NCBI GenBank assembly: GCA_012295275.1
Contig: CM022666.1
Coordinates: forward strand, 10,912,001-10,976,000
Length of the DNA: 64,000 bases
Direction: 5' to 3'
From: Chrysomallon squamiferum
Taxonomy: Eukaryota; Animalia; Mollusca
Below the pieces are notes generated by a model, which worked only from the letters and a program-made list of their open reading frames with translations, ran no database searches and was not told where the DNA came from. The number at the start of each line of letters is the position of its first letter. Position 1 is the stretch's first letter. The position numbers were made by a program, and so were the translations under genes. This document shows, piece after piece, positions 28,041-48,800 of the stretch.

Positions 28041-31000
28041 TCTGTGAATGTTAAACTTTTGAACAATGTATATCAACTGACAGCCACAAGTTTCAGTCAT
28101 GATGATGAGTGAGTAGAAACCTATCAGTATAACTTTTATCTTTTTTTCTTTTTTTTTTATATGAACCTACCTGTAGACTGGGGAGTGTATTATTAATTCC
28201 TATCATATAGCACAGGCTGGAAAGAAAATTAATCATTCCAATAATACACGTATTAACATATCTATGTAGTTATACTTGATTGTTTGGGGGGTTTTGTTTG
28301 TTTTTTTATATTTTCTGATGTTGTTTTTTTTTGTTGTTGTTATTGATGATTTTGGTTTTTTGGTGGGGTTTTTTTTCTCAACATATCTATCAAATATTGA
28401 GGTATTTATTCTAAAGGCCTGCAGAAGAAACATTTAAATGATTTTTTGCCTCAAATCAATAGAAATAACAAATGTGTTTTCATAAATATAATAATGAGAA
28501 GAAGAAGAAGAAGACAAAATTAACAATAATAATAATAGTGTATATGCACTACTCAAAATAATTATTACTATTATAAAAATGTATTATATATTTTTATTTA
28601 TTTATTTTAAATAATAATATTAAATTTAAAAACGTTACTAAATAATAACAATACACATTCAACAGACTGTCAACAATCTGACATGAGGATCACGTAACCT
28701 GAACAGATGGTGAGCACTCACCACTACAGGTTAAATTCAAGAGTTTGCAGTTATTTAGTAATTACTTAGATTTCTGTACATTTTGGACTTGAATCAGACA
28801 AACAAACAAAAATTAGGTGACTAGGTTATTAATTAATAACTGTAAAATTATTACTGTTTATACTTTTTTCATTTATTTCTATTAAATTTAGTCAATAACA
28901 TTTACACGCATATTATACTGATAATTACACGAACACACTCGCATATATACACACTCAAACTAAAATATAGGCATATAAACAAATATATTGTTTAGCAAAT
29001 ATACAATCATACATCCATAGACGTACATATAGATAGATATTCCATCCAAATATAGATATATATAAATATACATTTATCCATCCAAACGTCCATTCGTCCA
29101 TACATATTTACTTACATCCATACACATCCATACATACATAGCTACAATAATCACATGCACACACACGTATACCAAGTTGCGTGTAATCGGCTTATAAAGG
29201 ACGCTGAGTTTTAAAATGGACGAAAGCTCTCGTGAATTCATGTGATGTACTCAAAGTAGTAACAGATAAACAAATATTCATCTCAGAATCAGACAGTATC
29301 TCTTTTCAAGACTCATCTAACAGAACAAAGCGAAGTCAAAACCTGCGTATCTTTTACGTCAGTTACCGTCTTTGTCCTCAAGCAGTTGAGAAACTCAGTA
29401 GGCCTTAGGATGAGTCCTCTTCAGCAAAACAGTTACGTCCAGTAGACCTCAAAAGTTATTGTTTAAAGTGTTAGCAGAAAATGGATAAAATAACAACGAC
29501 AAAAAATAAATAAATAAATAAAAAATAATTGAAAGCGCAAAGGCGAGAAGATAAACAATGTTAAGTGGAAGCTTTCAGCCGTTTATGAGTCACAAAAAAG
29601 ACTTGTATTCTTTATTATAAAGACGTTTTCCAAAATCGTTTTGTCTTTTTCATTGTCTCTGACGTTTTTCTATTCTGTTTATAAGTGAGTAACTAATACG
29701 TCACTTGATTTACTATTTACCCTAGCAGACACCTCTAAATCAACAGAGTGATTGTTCTTGTTTCTTTACTTTTCATAAATGCTAGTTTTTAAAGGTTTTT
29801 TGTTGTTGGTGGTGGTGGTGGTGTTTTTTAAATCTTTTTATTGTATTTTTTTCTACATGTATTTAAATTTTATTTTTAACATTTTCTTTGGGCAATGGGC
29901 AAATCATCAACCACTTCCACGAGAATATTATTTACTGGAATAGAAACAAGAGCCGAGTAGTTAGGACTACCATTTCGAAAACCACTCTTCACTCTAACTA
30001 ATTTCCTAATTTGATACCAGACTGAAAAATCGAATTCATGGATAGTTCACCATGAGGTGATTGGAAAAATTTCACAGAAAAAAGTCACAATTATTTTATA
30101 TGAGAATGAGTTCGCAGATTATTAAATTAAAAGAAAGTAATGGCTTGCTCTTGTTCACCATAGTGACTAGGCTACTACCACACCTCAGTCTGGCGGATTA
30201 CTGAATGCTTTCAACGGAAGCAGCCAGCAGTGAGCACCATTTTGCAGCAGGATGAAGAGTACCTTCGCAACTGTGCGTCTAGCGCAGCGCAGAACGTCTC
30301 CGTGGAATCTGTTGTTACACCAACACTGAAATACAGAACATTCACAAAAGCTTTCAGTGACAAAATCTTTCATTTCCTATTATGTTTTTTTAATTATTAT
30401 TGTTAGTTATTATTAAAAGAAGTGACCTTTTTTTATGTTACTTTGGTTCCAAGATTTCACCAAGACAGTCATGTTTGAACCTTTAGTGGATGCAAGCACT
30501 TTCTGCCTTGATGTTTACTGTGTTAAAACGTAATTTTGTCTTATCTATATTTCGGTCATTTTCTACTAGAACAGTAAAATACAAAAATTCACAAATAGAT
30601 CAGTTATAGTCGTATGTGGCAGACAGAGATGTTATTAAAGTGTTCAACCCCGACAATTCACTTTATTCTTAGTTTAGAAAAATTTACGATAGAGGCTATA
30701 TTCATGAGATATTGGTTTGTGTGTGTACGTGCATGTGTGCGTGTGTATGCATATGTGCATTAGTATAATCCTAACTATTTCATCGTTATCTGAGTTTTGG
30801 CAGTGTCACTGAACCAGAGGTCACATTGCCCAAATATTTTACTTGATATGCATGTAAAACGACATGCTGACATTTTGCTGGGCTTGTCAATCAGGCAGAA
30901 GGAAATATTTCAACAGCTTTTCCTTTGTTTACTTACTCAGTGGAATTTTTTATTATTATTATCATTTTTTTTTTTTTTTCTTTCTTTTCTTTCTTTTCTA

Positions 31001-31402
31001 TATTTATTTATTTATTTATTTATCTATTCTTCTTTTTCTTTGTTTCTTTACAATCAACTGAAATCATTTACATTGCGTAATAATCCATTAGTGCAGTTAA
31101 CACGGGCTATTAGCACAATCAGTTTGGCAGAGAATACAGAAGTCTTGTGTTTAAAATTCTAACAACTCACGGAAAATGATTCTTAAGAAATGTCAGATTA
31201 AGAACGTGTTAATGGCTGTCGTTATAATGATGCAAGATTTTGACTGATATCTAACATGATCAGAAAGAACATATAATACTTAGCCCACATAAAAACAAAA
31301 TACTTGGTTAGCGTCCCCGCAATCCAAAAAAACAACAACAGTATGAACAACAACAACAACAACAACAAAAACAAAAACAACAACAACAACAACAACAACA
31401 AC

Positions 31403-31455
<53 letters not shown>

Positions 31456-31751
31456 TAAATAAATAAATAAATAAATAAATAAAATACGCCTTCAAATAAA
31501 TAAATAAATAAATAAAATACGCCTTCAAATAAATGTTCTTGTCACGACGCCTGACAATGAATACCTTGGCTAGATTTCTTCTTCCTGCACTCAGCTATTC
31601 TACATACAAAAAATAATAAATTAAATAAAAACCTACGATTTTTTATTTTTTATTTTATTTATTACATACACATATTAATGTGGCCTTAAATAAAGGTCAT
31701 TACGACTGGAGTAATATGTAAAGCTATTTAATTTAATATAGTTTAATTCAC

Positions 31752-31786
<35 letters not shown>

Positions 31787-31900
31787 ACACATACAAAAAA
31801 AAAATAATAATAATAATAATAAAAATAAAAATAAAAAAATTAAATTAAATTCGAAAAGTACGCAAGGAGTCTAGTATATTTCCACTTCTGCATGTCAAGC

Positions 31901-32045
31901 AGTCATGTGATCGATAAGCGCGCGAGTGGAATAAATTGGTGACTCTCCATTGGTCAGTTGCGATCGCTCGAGACCCTGGGAGCTTTATATTAGACAGACG
32001 ACATTATTTCCAGTTCATAGCAGGTGGTCAGATTCACGTTGGCAG
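31901..32045 (+). promoter_or_regulatory. Putative FMO promoter and non-coding first exon
   Basis: CpG-richer patch with AGTCATGTGA (31901), two reverse CCAAT boxes (31935, 31949), TTTATAT (31984) and donor CAG|GTAGCA at 32045/6. An acceptor at 33428-9 lies just before the ATG. Confidence 0.5.
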
Positions 32046-33437
32046 GTAGCATTTATTTAGCCAGTTATATATTGTGTTGAAATAATTATCTTAATTTGTT
32101 TTGCAAATTTATAGAAAAGAAGAATACACATGCATATGTTTTATAATTATATTTTCGTCTAGGTTTAATCATATTAATGTATTTCTAAAACGTTTTTTAA
32201 ATATCATTATAAAATCAAAGCAGCTGCTGATTTTAATATTTTAAGATGGCCTTAAGAAAAACCACACTGATTTTTTTCGTAAGATGTTGTTGATTTCTTT
32301 ATGAAAAGGGGTGAACCAACAGGCCCTGTAATTAGATTAATTAGAAGCATCAAAATAATTATACTGACCTTTTGTTCTAAAAGGGCTCATAAATAATTTA
32401 TTTCAAAGGCTTCAAAATGTTCAGAATGGCTGAAGTCTAAAGGCCTTATAGTGAATATGAAAACGATACGAAACATATTTTATTCCGATATGTATATGAC
32501 TTTAACTAAATAAGCAATAAAACAGTCCATTTGTGAAGTTATTTTGAAAAATAAACCGTTACATCAAATTTTTTTATAATTATTATAGGAGTTAGGAGTT
32601 GGTGTGTACCTTAATTAAAATAAAATAATAAAATGTACTATTCTTTATTATTTTTGCGCTAAACAAACATTAGTGTGTTCCAAATTGGCAGTTATTATCT
32701 ATAATAAATTCACTTTGCAGTATATATAATTATGTTTATAAGTAAGCTCACAGCAAAACAGTTTTATCTTGTTTTCATATTCAGTTTGTACATCAGATGG
32801 ATGTGGGTGGTTTAAGGATATGATATGACGTGAAATGTGATGCAATAATAAACAATCTGGGTATTTTTGAAAATCCATAATGTACTTATTCTCTGAATAC
32901 TATAATATCTAATCTGCATTCAGGACGGATTTGTACAAAACCCTTTAAACTCGTACTGCGTAATTCACGTTTAATAAACAAAATATAAAAATATACAAAT
33001 ATATATTGTTTGATCAGTTTTGAAATGATACTGCAAGGCTGTTGCACCAAACAAAGTTCAGTTAGAACATTTTATGTAATGATATCAGGTACCCCAGCAA
33101 CCATATCGTGAGATAGATAAACTATTCTAATATCTGCTGGATCAGACACTAGTATGGTCTGCATAATGTAATACATAATTCAGAGTTTGCCATAAATATA
33201 ATATATGAGCACAACGGTATTTCCCATCAATTCTTGTGTCTTTGGTAGTACATTTAGTTGATTGGTTACTTATGTAATATACTTCATAATATCGCTTGAT
33301 GACATAATCTCGTCATAAATCATGTATCATAACAAGACATTAATACAAATATAAATGCGTACATGCACACACATACTCATGTACACATTATATACAATTT
33401 GTTTTTGGTTATCTGTTATATGCTTGTAGAAACGAAG

Positions 33438-40107
<6,670 letters not shown>

Positions 40108-40554
40108 ATAAACAACAACAAACGAAACAAAAACAAAAAATGACATGCTCGGTACAAGTTATCTGTAATATATCCAAATATGAAAGCGATAGATTCATTA
40201 TTAATATTATTATTATTATGATTTTGATTATTGTTATGATTATTATTATCATTAAGTGTCACATATAAAGTACGTACGCTCCGGGATTTAACTGGAACGA
40301 TTGGGTATACACAGCAGGATAATATTCGATAAGAAACACAACATGAGAAATAATATTAACAGTATTAAAATTTAAATTTACAGGCTAAATTGATACGTGT
40401 TTTAAACGTTTTATTAAATATAAAATTAGTGGTGTTAAATAAATCTTATATAAAAGGAAACCATCATATTCATTTTTCAGCGTGAAAAATTAATTTACGC
40501 ATAGCGTGACAGGTCGTTAGTATTCCCAGATTCTGTGTGTATGTACTTTATTTG

Positions 40555-40590
<36 letters not shown>

Positions 40591-41960
40591 TTGTTTTATT
40601 TGCAATGGGTTTCTCTACGTCGATTCGAATTATTGTAATTATATGTGTATGATTTGACATTGCGTATCGGATTAAATGTTTTTTTATTTTATTTTATTCT
40701 TATTTTTTAAACATTAAATATTTGTAACATTAGGAAAGGTTATATTGGCAACGTCAGTTAATATGTTTTTGTTGTTTAGTACAGTTTTAAGTCATAGTTA
40801 ACAATTATGTAATCATAACGTAGAAAGTGCTGATCTCTATGTTAACATTTCTGTATATATTTGAATATGCTTATTAATAACAAATTTTGTTGTCTTATTT
40901 TTGGCTCAGATATTTTATTTATTTAATTATATTCTTACTTACAAACTTACATATTTTCATATTTATTTACTTACGTACTTACTTTTTGCATTTATTATAT
41001 ATTTTTATAATAATAACTAAAAACGAAAGATTTTTACTTACCAAAACATTCAAACAACAAGATATAGTTTTAGACATGTTTAAAGTTTTACATTAATTCT
41101 GAAAAAGTAGATCTTGCTGAGTCACAGTGCAACTGAAGACTGCAATGATGCTCTGACCAGAATTCACCTGTGTCCAACTGAGAACACTTTCTTGTTCAAC
41201 TCCAAGTCAAAGACAACAACTCTCTCTATGTGACATAAATGCTTCAAATTTCAATGAGTATGTCACATAACTGATCATCTGATAACGATAGATTTTACTG
41301 TCTTTATTTAGTGTTCATCAGCGAGTTAAACTGAATAATTTCGTTATCGGTCATGTTGGCTGTTTTGATTATAATATAACTTAACCCGTGGATTATTTAC
41401 TTTATTGTATATTGTAAATACACTCCTAGAATTTTTTTTTTTTTTTTTATATTAATTACTTTTCATAAAACCAAAAGCTCTGAAACGATAAACTTTTTTC
41501 GATAAACGAATAACTTTGAATTAACTCATTTCGAGTTGTAACAACTTTATTAAACTAGTAAAAATAATATTTGTTATTGTTTTTCTTTGACTAACTCGAT
41601 GTATTCTGCGAGACATTCAGATATTGTATTCGTGCTTTCATCGCGAGGTTTAACATTTAATATTTTTATATATTACTTTTAAGTAAATTAATTACACAAA
41701 ATAAAGACAAGTATATGAACATACATCAAACAGCTAATCTGTAAGAAGGTTTTTTTTACTTTAAAAAAACAAAAAAAACAACATGTTACATTTATTTTAC
41801 AAAATATATTTTACCAGTTTAACATTGTTGAAACAAACAAACCATTTATTTCAAGAATACGTTTATGAGGTAACTGATTTGTTTAACAGATCTGTAATAA
41901 CGCAATGACGACCTAGTAGTCAGACCTAATTTTACTAAGTTAACCAATCGCTGTTCTACC

Positions 41961-42047
41961 TCGTGTTTATATCTTATAAAATGGCTAGTTTTACTATTAA
42001 TTACAGAACCGGAACTCATTCAGTTATTTATCATTTTAAATATTTAT
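41961..42047 (+). repeat. Dispersed repeat fragment, copy 2
   Basis: Near-identical to 34982-35063, same orientation. Confidence 0.85.
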
Positions 42048-42125
42048 TCATTTTCACAAACACAAACTACCTCGGTGTGATTTCAAAAGTGTATTGTTAT
42101 ACAAAATACTTTAAGCGCGGTACAT

Positions 42126-42169
<44 letters not shown>

Positions 42170-42321
42170 TAATATGTTCATTACACATAAGACTAATTAA
42201 ATTTAACAAATATTTATTTAAGATAAACGTATCGATATTGAACATCAGCCAGTGTGCGGTAAAGTCAACCACTTGTTGTACACGTAGAAAAGTTTCCACA
42301 GCAACCAGTTTTTGCAGTTGT

Positions 42322-42583
42322 TCACAGCATCTTCAACAAGTATGTTGTCAAAAACGCAACCAAAGCTATTAAAATACAGACTAATACTACTGTACTAAAG
42401 CGGTTTTTATTTTGTGAGCAAACCTCCTTGAACTTGATCTGCACAGAAAAGAAAGTAATAATAACAACAGCAATAACAAAAACTACATACATACATAAAA
42501 CAATTATACTATGGCAATAGCGTTCCTGTAGTGAAAACATGACATAAAATACTGTTTTTATTAATTAATTTATTTATTTAATA

Positions 42584-42616
<33 letters not shown>

Positions 42617-42878
42617 AAAATTACAAAAGTATCAAAACTTTTTCGAATAAAAAATATAAAATAAAAATATCTGAGGTCGCTTACATAGCGTTGTCACATT
42701 GTGATCTTTATAGCCAGAAACAAGTCTGAAATGTGTGTGTGTGGGGGGGAGGGCAATGTTATCGACGCATGTACTTCAAACAGGGAAGTAAATTTTTTTT
42801 TTTTTATTATTGTATCTATACACGTACTTACATGCATAGATACATACATACAATATATATATGCATACAATATATATA

Positions 42879-42914
<36 letters not shown>

Positions 42915-43031
42915 TGTATCTATGCAGCAAAATCAAAATCAGTTTTCCTCAACAATTTGTATGATTTGTTCTTTAGCAGCTTGAGAAAGAAATTAAAAAA
43001 GTGTATTAAAAGGGTATTGATCACTGTTGAT

Positions 43032-43066
<35 letters not shown>

Positions 43067-44332
43067 TTTAAGGGAGGTAAGTAACAAGATACAAGTGTGA
43101 CGAAAGAGAAATAAATGCATGATTTCCAATGAACAGTGATCAATACCCTTTTAATACACTTTTTTTCTTTCTTTCTCAAGCTGCTAAAGAACAAATCATA
43201 CAAAATGTTGAGGAAAACTGATTTTGTCAACGTCAAGTATACGAGTTAATAAAATACTAATGCGAACGAAGTTAAATTCCATCCTTCGCCGTCTTGGAAA
43301 ATTGTAACATACACAAATATTTATTTTTATTGTTTAAACTGTCTGTCTGTTTTTATTTTATCTTATTTTATTTTATTAGATAATATTGTGTAATCTGCGT
43401 GAATTCTTTTCATACGCAAAAAAAGACTAAATGTAGAAATCTAAATTTAATCAGTTTTAAAAATTAAGTTGAGGCGTATAAGTATTTAGGTAGGTAGGTA
43501 AGGTGTTGTTGAGGGAAATTATGTCTACCTGTTTGTCAGCGTGCGTGCGTGCGTGCGTGTGTGTGTGTGTGTGTGTGTGTTTCGTTTCGTTTCGTTTTAA
43601 ATGAAAGACGAAGATGAAACTTCATTTGCAATGTTAGTGATTTCTGACTGCACTCACCCATCCGCCTTGTTCTTCGATCCAGTCTGCAAGACGATGCGTC
43701 ACAAAGTTTCCAAGACAATTTATGACGTCATCAACAAATTCGGCGTGTCCTTGTTGAACGCATTCCTCGGCGAAACACGATGATATTGCAAACATGGACA
43801 AGACTCTTCCCCAGGTTATCTTGTCACGGAACATAATTTCTAACACGGATGTTAGAGCATTTTTAACTACGGTCACAGAACTCATCGTCATACAAACTTT
43901 TCTGGAGACATCGCAGTAGACTTTTGGGTACAAACGTTCCAGGACTGTGCCAGATTTAATGAAGTAATCAGAATATTCACAGTTACCAGCACGCAGCTGT
44001 ATTTTACTGTTACTATATCCGCTAGACTGCAGTTTTTGTTGGATGTAGTCTTTCAGTATGGACTTTGCGATGTGCGCGCTGTTTTCAGGTGATAACATAA
44101 CATTTTCTGACTTGTGAGAGGAAAACGGAACTGTATCCAAAACTCGTTTGACAAATGATATCCAAAAGTTGACTTGCACTTCTTTTTCTTCGCGTTCTTT
44201 CTTTTTGACAGACGAAAGAAACGCTTTTTTCTTACGCACGTTGTCTTTTATTTCGTATTCCTTCAGGTTAACTATGTTGCGAAACGACGCAGCTTTCCGT
44301 CGCTTTGGAAACATTAATAAATATGTACGCAT
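42322..44332 (-). CDS. Bcl-2 family protein, Bok-like
   Basis: Exon 44332 (first ATG; true start uncertain)-43658 with LERLYPKVYCDVSR (Bok-like), BH1 ITWGRVLSMFA and BH2 LADWIEEQGGW|GTGAG. Last exon 42438-42322 (acceptor TTTCTTTTCTGTGCAG) gives IKFKEVC...VVLVCILIALVAFLTTYLLKML, a C-terminal TM. Confidence 0.85.
42934..43226. repeat. Long near-perfect inverted repeat (foldback/MITE-like) in the Bok-like intron
   Basis: 95-bp arms 42934-43028 and 43132-43226 are reverse complements with only a few mismatches; ~100-bp spacer with (TA)n. Confidence 0.92.
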
Positions 44333-45885
44333 TGAAGAATGTTTGGTTTCGTTATCGTATCCACCGTTTAAACATGTACGTATATAACAAGACACCTCTG
44401 AGCATAGTCCACAACAGCTGCTTATCAAGTCCAAGTATCAAATTGATAATTTGTTGTTATAGCTACACTGATCATTATTAGTATTATATATGTAAGATAG
44501 TTGTTTATCAGAGACCAAGTTTACATTCTAAATATCTCTCTGTATGTTTCTCACACATATAGATAAAAACTGAGCTCTGTAATGCATAAAATTAGATATA
44601 CATTATTACTGTTATCAGACAAGAATTTATCAAAGATACGCACTTAATAAACAATGAACATAATATATACATTTTTAATTATCTCTCATAACTATCAGCT
44701 TGCCATACACCAAACATTATTTTTTTTTATATATATATATATTTACTTACATCAGTATTGATCAATTTTTCAAATGTAAATACTTTCTGCAGGGAATTTT
44801 TCTATTTTGTAAAAAAAAAACCAAAAACACAACTAAGATGTGATTTGTGTTCAGTTTTTTCCAGTTTTAAATAAATGAATAAGGCTGACAACGTAATGTG
44901 AATGTAATTTATTTTATTCTCAGTAAAATACACATTTCAAACAACACTAGACATTTTACAGCTTTTATAAAACATTTTTTACATGTTGAACAGTGTAAAT
45001 GCTTATTCTCTTTTAATAACAATAAATAAATAAATTATTAAAACACCCAGCTCTGTTGATCTCAAGATTTAAATTAAAAAGTTTTTGTATTCATTTAATC
45101 AAACTGTGTTACAATCTATCAAATTAAAATATAAATTACAAACTTCATTGGTTAGCCCATTCAGTCATTTCTCTGAACTTAAACTAATTATCATAGCTTA
45201 TCCAAAGATGTCTATCTACATTGATACTCAGTATTAATTAAAACAGGACACAGGACCTTCCATATAACACACTAATTAGGGTGAAAGGGCATTCTGTTAC
45301 CAAACTGATTAATTTTTGCAGTGAACTGAGGGTTTTCTGTCCTTTTGAATATTCATTTATGTAATTATTATTATTTTTTTTTTTATTAAATTCATTTAAT
45401 TATATCCTGAACAAGATGAACAGTCCAAAATGTTTAAAATTTATGGAAAATGGTGAATATAATTCATAGAAAAAATAGCTGAGTTACTTCAACATGAACC
45501 ATGAAAAAAAGAATCATGCAAGAAGAAAAATTAATATCAAAATAAAACAGAGTAAACTGCAGGACATGCAATTTTACTACATTATTACTGTTACACGAGT
45601 CTATATCACCCAACCACAATTCACATTGTAATCCATCTTCCATAGCTCATCAATCAAAATTCATATAACATGGTATCTGCTACAGATCATCCATTAAAAC
45701 TCCACATACAAGTTATTTTGTAATTCTGCCAATACAAATTCAGTTACACATCTTCAGTATCATATCCATTCACTTCAATGATGTATAAAAAAATTATATA
45801 TTCTTTAAATTTTTGTTGTTAAGTGTCCTGAGATTGTTATTTGTTTTTGTTGTAAATACTCATATTTGAGTTGTTTGATATTAGA

Positions 45886-48800
45886 TCAGTTTCTGATTTT
45901 AGATAAAACAACTTTTCCATAACCTCCCCTGTCTTCATCATAGTCAGTGCGATATTCATCTCTAACCTGAAATTGAAAAACAAATCCAATTTTTTATACA
46001 TTTACCACTGTAAAAAAATATAATAATAATAAAGTAAGTCCAACACTTACTGATCAGTAAATAAAACGATTACTGATAATTTCATGTTTTACACTTCAGT
46101 TAATTATGAAAATATTTTGAAAAGAATTAATGAAAAATTATGTAAACAGACAATCTCATTAACTTATATAAATATATGTGTATGTGTGCGTCACATAAGA
46201 TTCTTATTAATTTGATTATCCATACATACTTGTGGATGTGTGTATATATAAATACACAGATATACACACACATCTAGAGACACACAATTATATTTACATA
46301 TTTGAAAACAGATAAACTCACAATCAAGTACACACACTCTTGTACATCTCAAAATAAACATAAAACCGTATTTGTTTAAATACTAACAGACACACAATAC
46401 TGTTTACATTCTCTCTTTTTCACACACACAAACTTCTGCACCTAATGATACACAGACTCCATACTTAAAAACCATCACAATATATTTCATCTATTTTTAT
46501 TTTATAATATCTATGTACAAATGACTTCAGAATTCAGTAAGTAATATTTAGCCCCTGGTGGCCAGTGAAGTATAACACAGACCTGGCCTCCACATTTTCC
46601 TCTACCATACTGTCTTCCTTCCACGAACCCCACATCCCAGTCTGTCCTGACGATTCGATCATCCAGTCGTGTACCATTCACATACCTCAGAGCATTCTCA
46701 CCCCCTTCACGTTCATAGTATCTTACAGGTTAAAGAGTTAACATACAAAACATTATAACAAGTGCAGGGGTTAATATTTGAAATAAATTTTACATTCAGT
46801 TGTGAAGGTATAAAATAATATGTTTTACATTCTGGAGCGAAAGATTTAAGATTTAAAAAACATATTACATTTAGAAGTCAAAGAGATTTCTGGGATTTTT
46901 TTTACCTTCAGAAATAAAAGAAATAACTAAAATAAAATTTTCAATCAGAACTGAAGGAGATAATGTAAACATAACTTTTTACATGAAGAAGTGGGAACCA
47001 CCATGTGAAGAAAGTATTTTATCGCCTTCCTGGTGTCTTGCTGCATTAGGAAAATATACAAAACATTTTATTTTCTTCTCATTGGTAAAACCATCAGAGA
47101 AAGTAAAGTTAAGAAATATAAAATTATTTCTTCTTTTTCAGACTAAAAAAAAAACATTCCACCTTCTTCTTCACAGCTAAAATGGTTGGCTAGATCATTA
47201 TAATTTTTTTTATCTTCTTCTTCTTCATTGTACCTTCACCGATGAAAAAATGTAATCAAAAACAGCATTTTTAACAAGGTAAAGGGTTAGCAAATTAGAA
47301 ATATTTTATGAACTTCCTGTTTTAAAGTACCTCTAAAAACATAAGACACACAAATATCAAACTGATTTTGTCCAAAAGACAATGCATCTTTCTCACAAGT
47401 TATGAAACATAACTTTTCCAACAGATTAGGTACTGTAAGAGAATAACAAAAACATACCTATAGTTCTCATGTTTCCTAAGACATGGTTCTCCCATAATTC
47501 CTTTTTAACAAGCACACTTCCCGCAGAACACTTTACTTTCACACAAATACAATTCAGCTATATTCATTTTTTACATACTAACAACACAATACAATCCTGG
47601 TCTGCATTCTTACAACATAAACACTTGTTTTCTAATCATTGTTACACACCTGACCTCCACTTTTTCCTCGCCCATATTGTCTACCTTCCCTGAACCCCGC
47701 ATCCCAATCTGTCCGGATTATTCTATCATCCAGTCTGGTTCCGTTTACATAACGCATGGCGTTTTCACTATCCTCACGCTCATAATATCTTAACTTGTTA
47801 AGATGCAACAAAAAATTCTTGTTACCTTTAACTCCATATAGTATTGGCAGGTAAAATTGAGGGTTGCATGTTTGAGTGTTGTATTAATAATTGTATAAAA
47901 TTTATTATACTATTTAATATTAAGTTTTAACAAACAATAGTTATTATCAGTCTTTCTTCATATCCAGTTAATACTGTTTTTTCGTTGTTGTTGTAGTATG
48001 AATGTATGTATATGTCTGTATGTGTCTGTTTATATATATATTTAATACTAATTTTCCAGCAACTTTAGCAAGTTTTATCAGACCAAACATAATAACTAAG
48101 CAGTAAAATAATAATTATATACATTGCATGTTTCTTCATTCAGACTAAGATACTACTGACTCAGTACAAACTTATTAATGTAAATTTTTCGTAAATAAAG
48201 AATGCTTATTAGGTAAAATCTCTACCAAGAACATTGTATTAAAATCACTTCTAAAATGCCAAGTTTTAGAATTTTTCTGGACTAAACAAATCTGTTGGAG
48301 AACAGATATGGAAAATATATACTGATATATTTAATTTGAGTTTTTCTGTAGCATGAGTGAAAATCAGCAAGCAAGAAAAAGAAAAAAGAAAAAAACCAAT
48401 GAAGCATACCAGCAGAATATAAGTTATTAGATGACATGAAGAATAATCTGTTTAATTATTACTGTGCTTATAGAGCCAGCTTTTAAAAGCAAACCAAGCA
48501 TACAAATACATAACACTTTTTTATATGAAAATTTGGAATGAAACACAAGCATAAAGACATGAAATTTTTACATTAAATATCAGTTATAATTAACATGTCA
48601 GTGTATTTCAGTTTGAGTGAATGTGTTTTTCTTTCTTACACTTCCAAGCAACATTCTTTATTCATTAGGCAAAATCTTTGTGCTGCATTTTATTTCAGAA
48701 ATGAATGAAAGAGTTCTACAACACAATTTTTAATGTTACGTTAGCCACATGTTATTTGGTAATCACAATAGGAGAGAGGAAAAGCCAATGTTGTCATACC

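Noticed and set aside
27238-28112. Long Ser/Leu/His ORFs and a CRISPR-like repeat-spacer look
   Set aside because: Spacers are CT/CA microsatellites, the context is eukaryotic and there are no cas genes.
29190-30400. GC-richer patches with short open frames (one with RTKR) between KIAA2013 and FMO
   Set aside because: No recognisable protein motif or coherent exon chain; could be a lncRNA or decayed element but unsupported.
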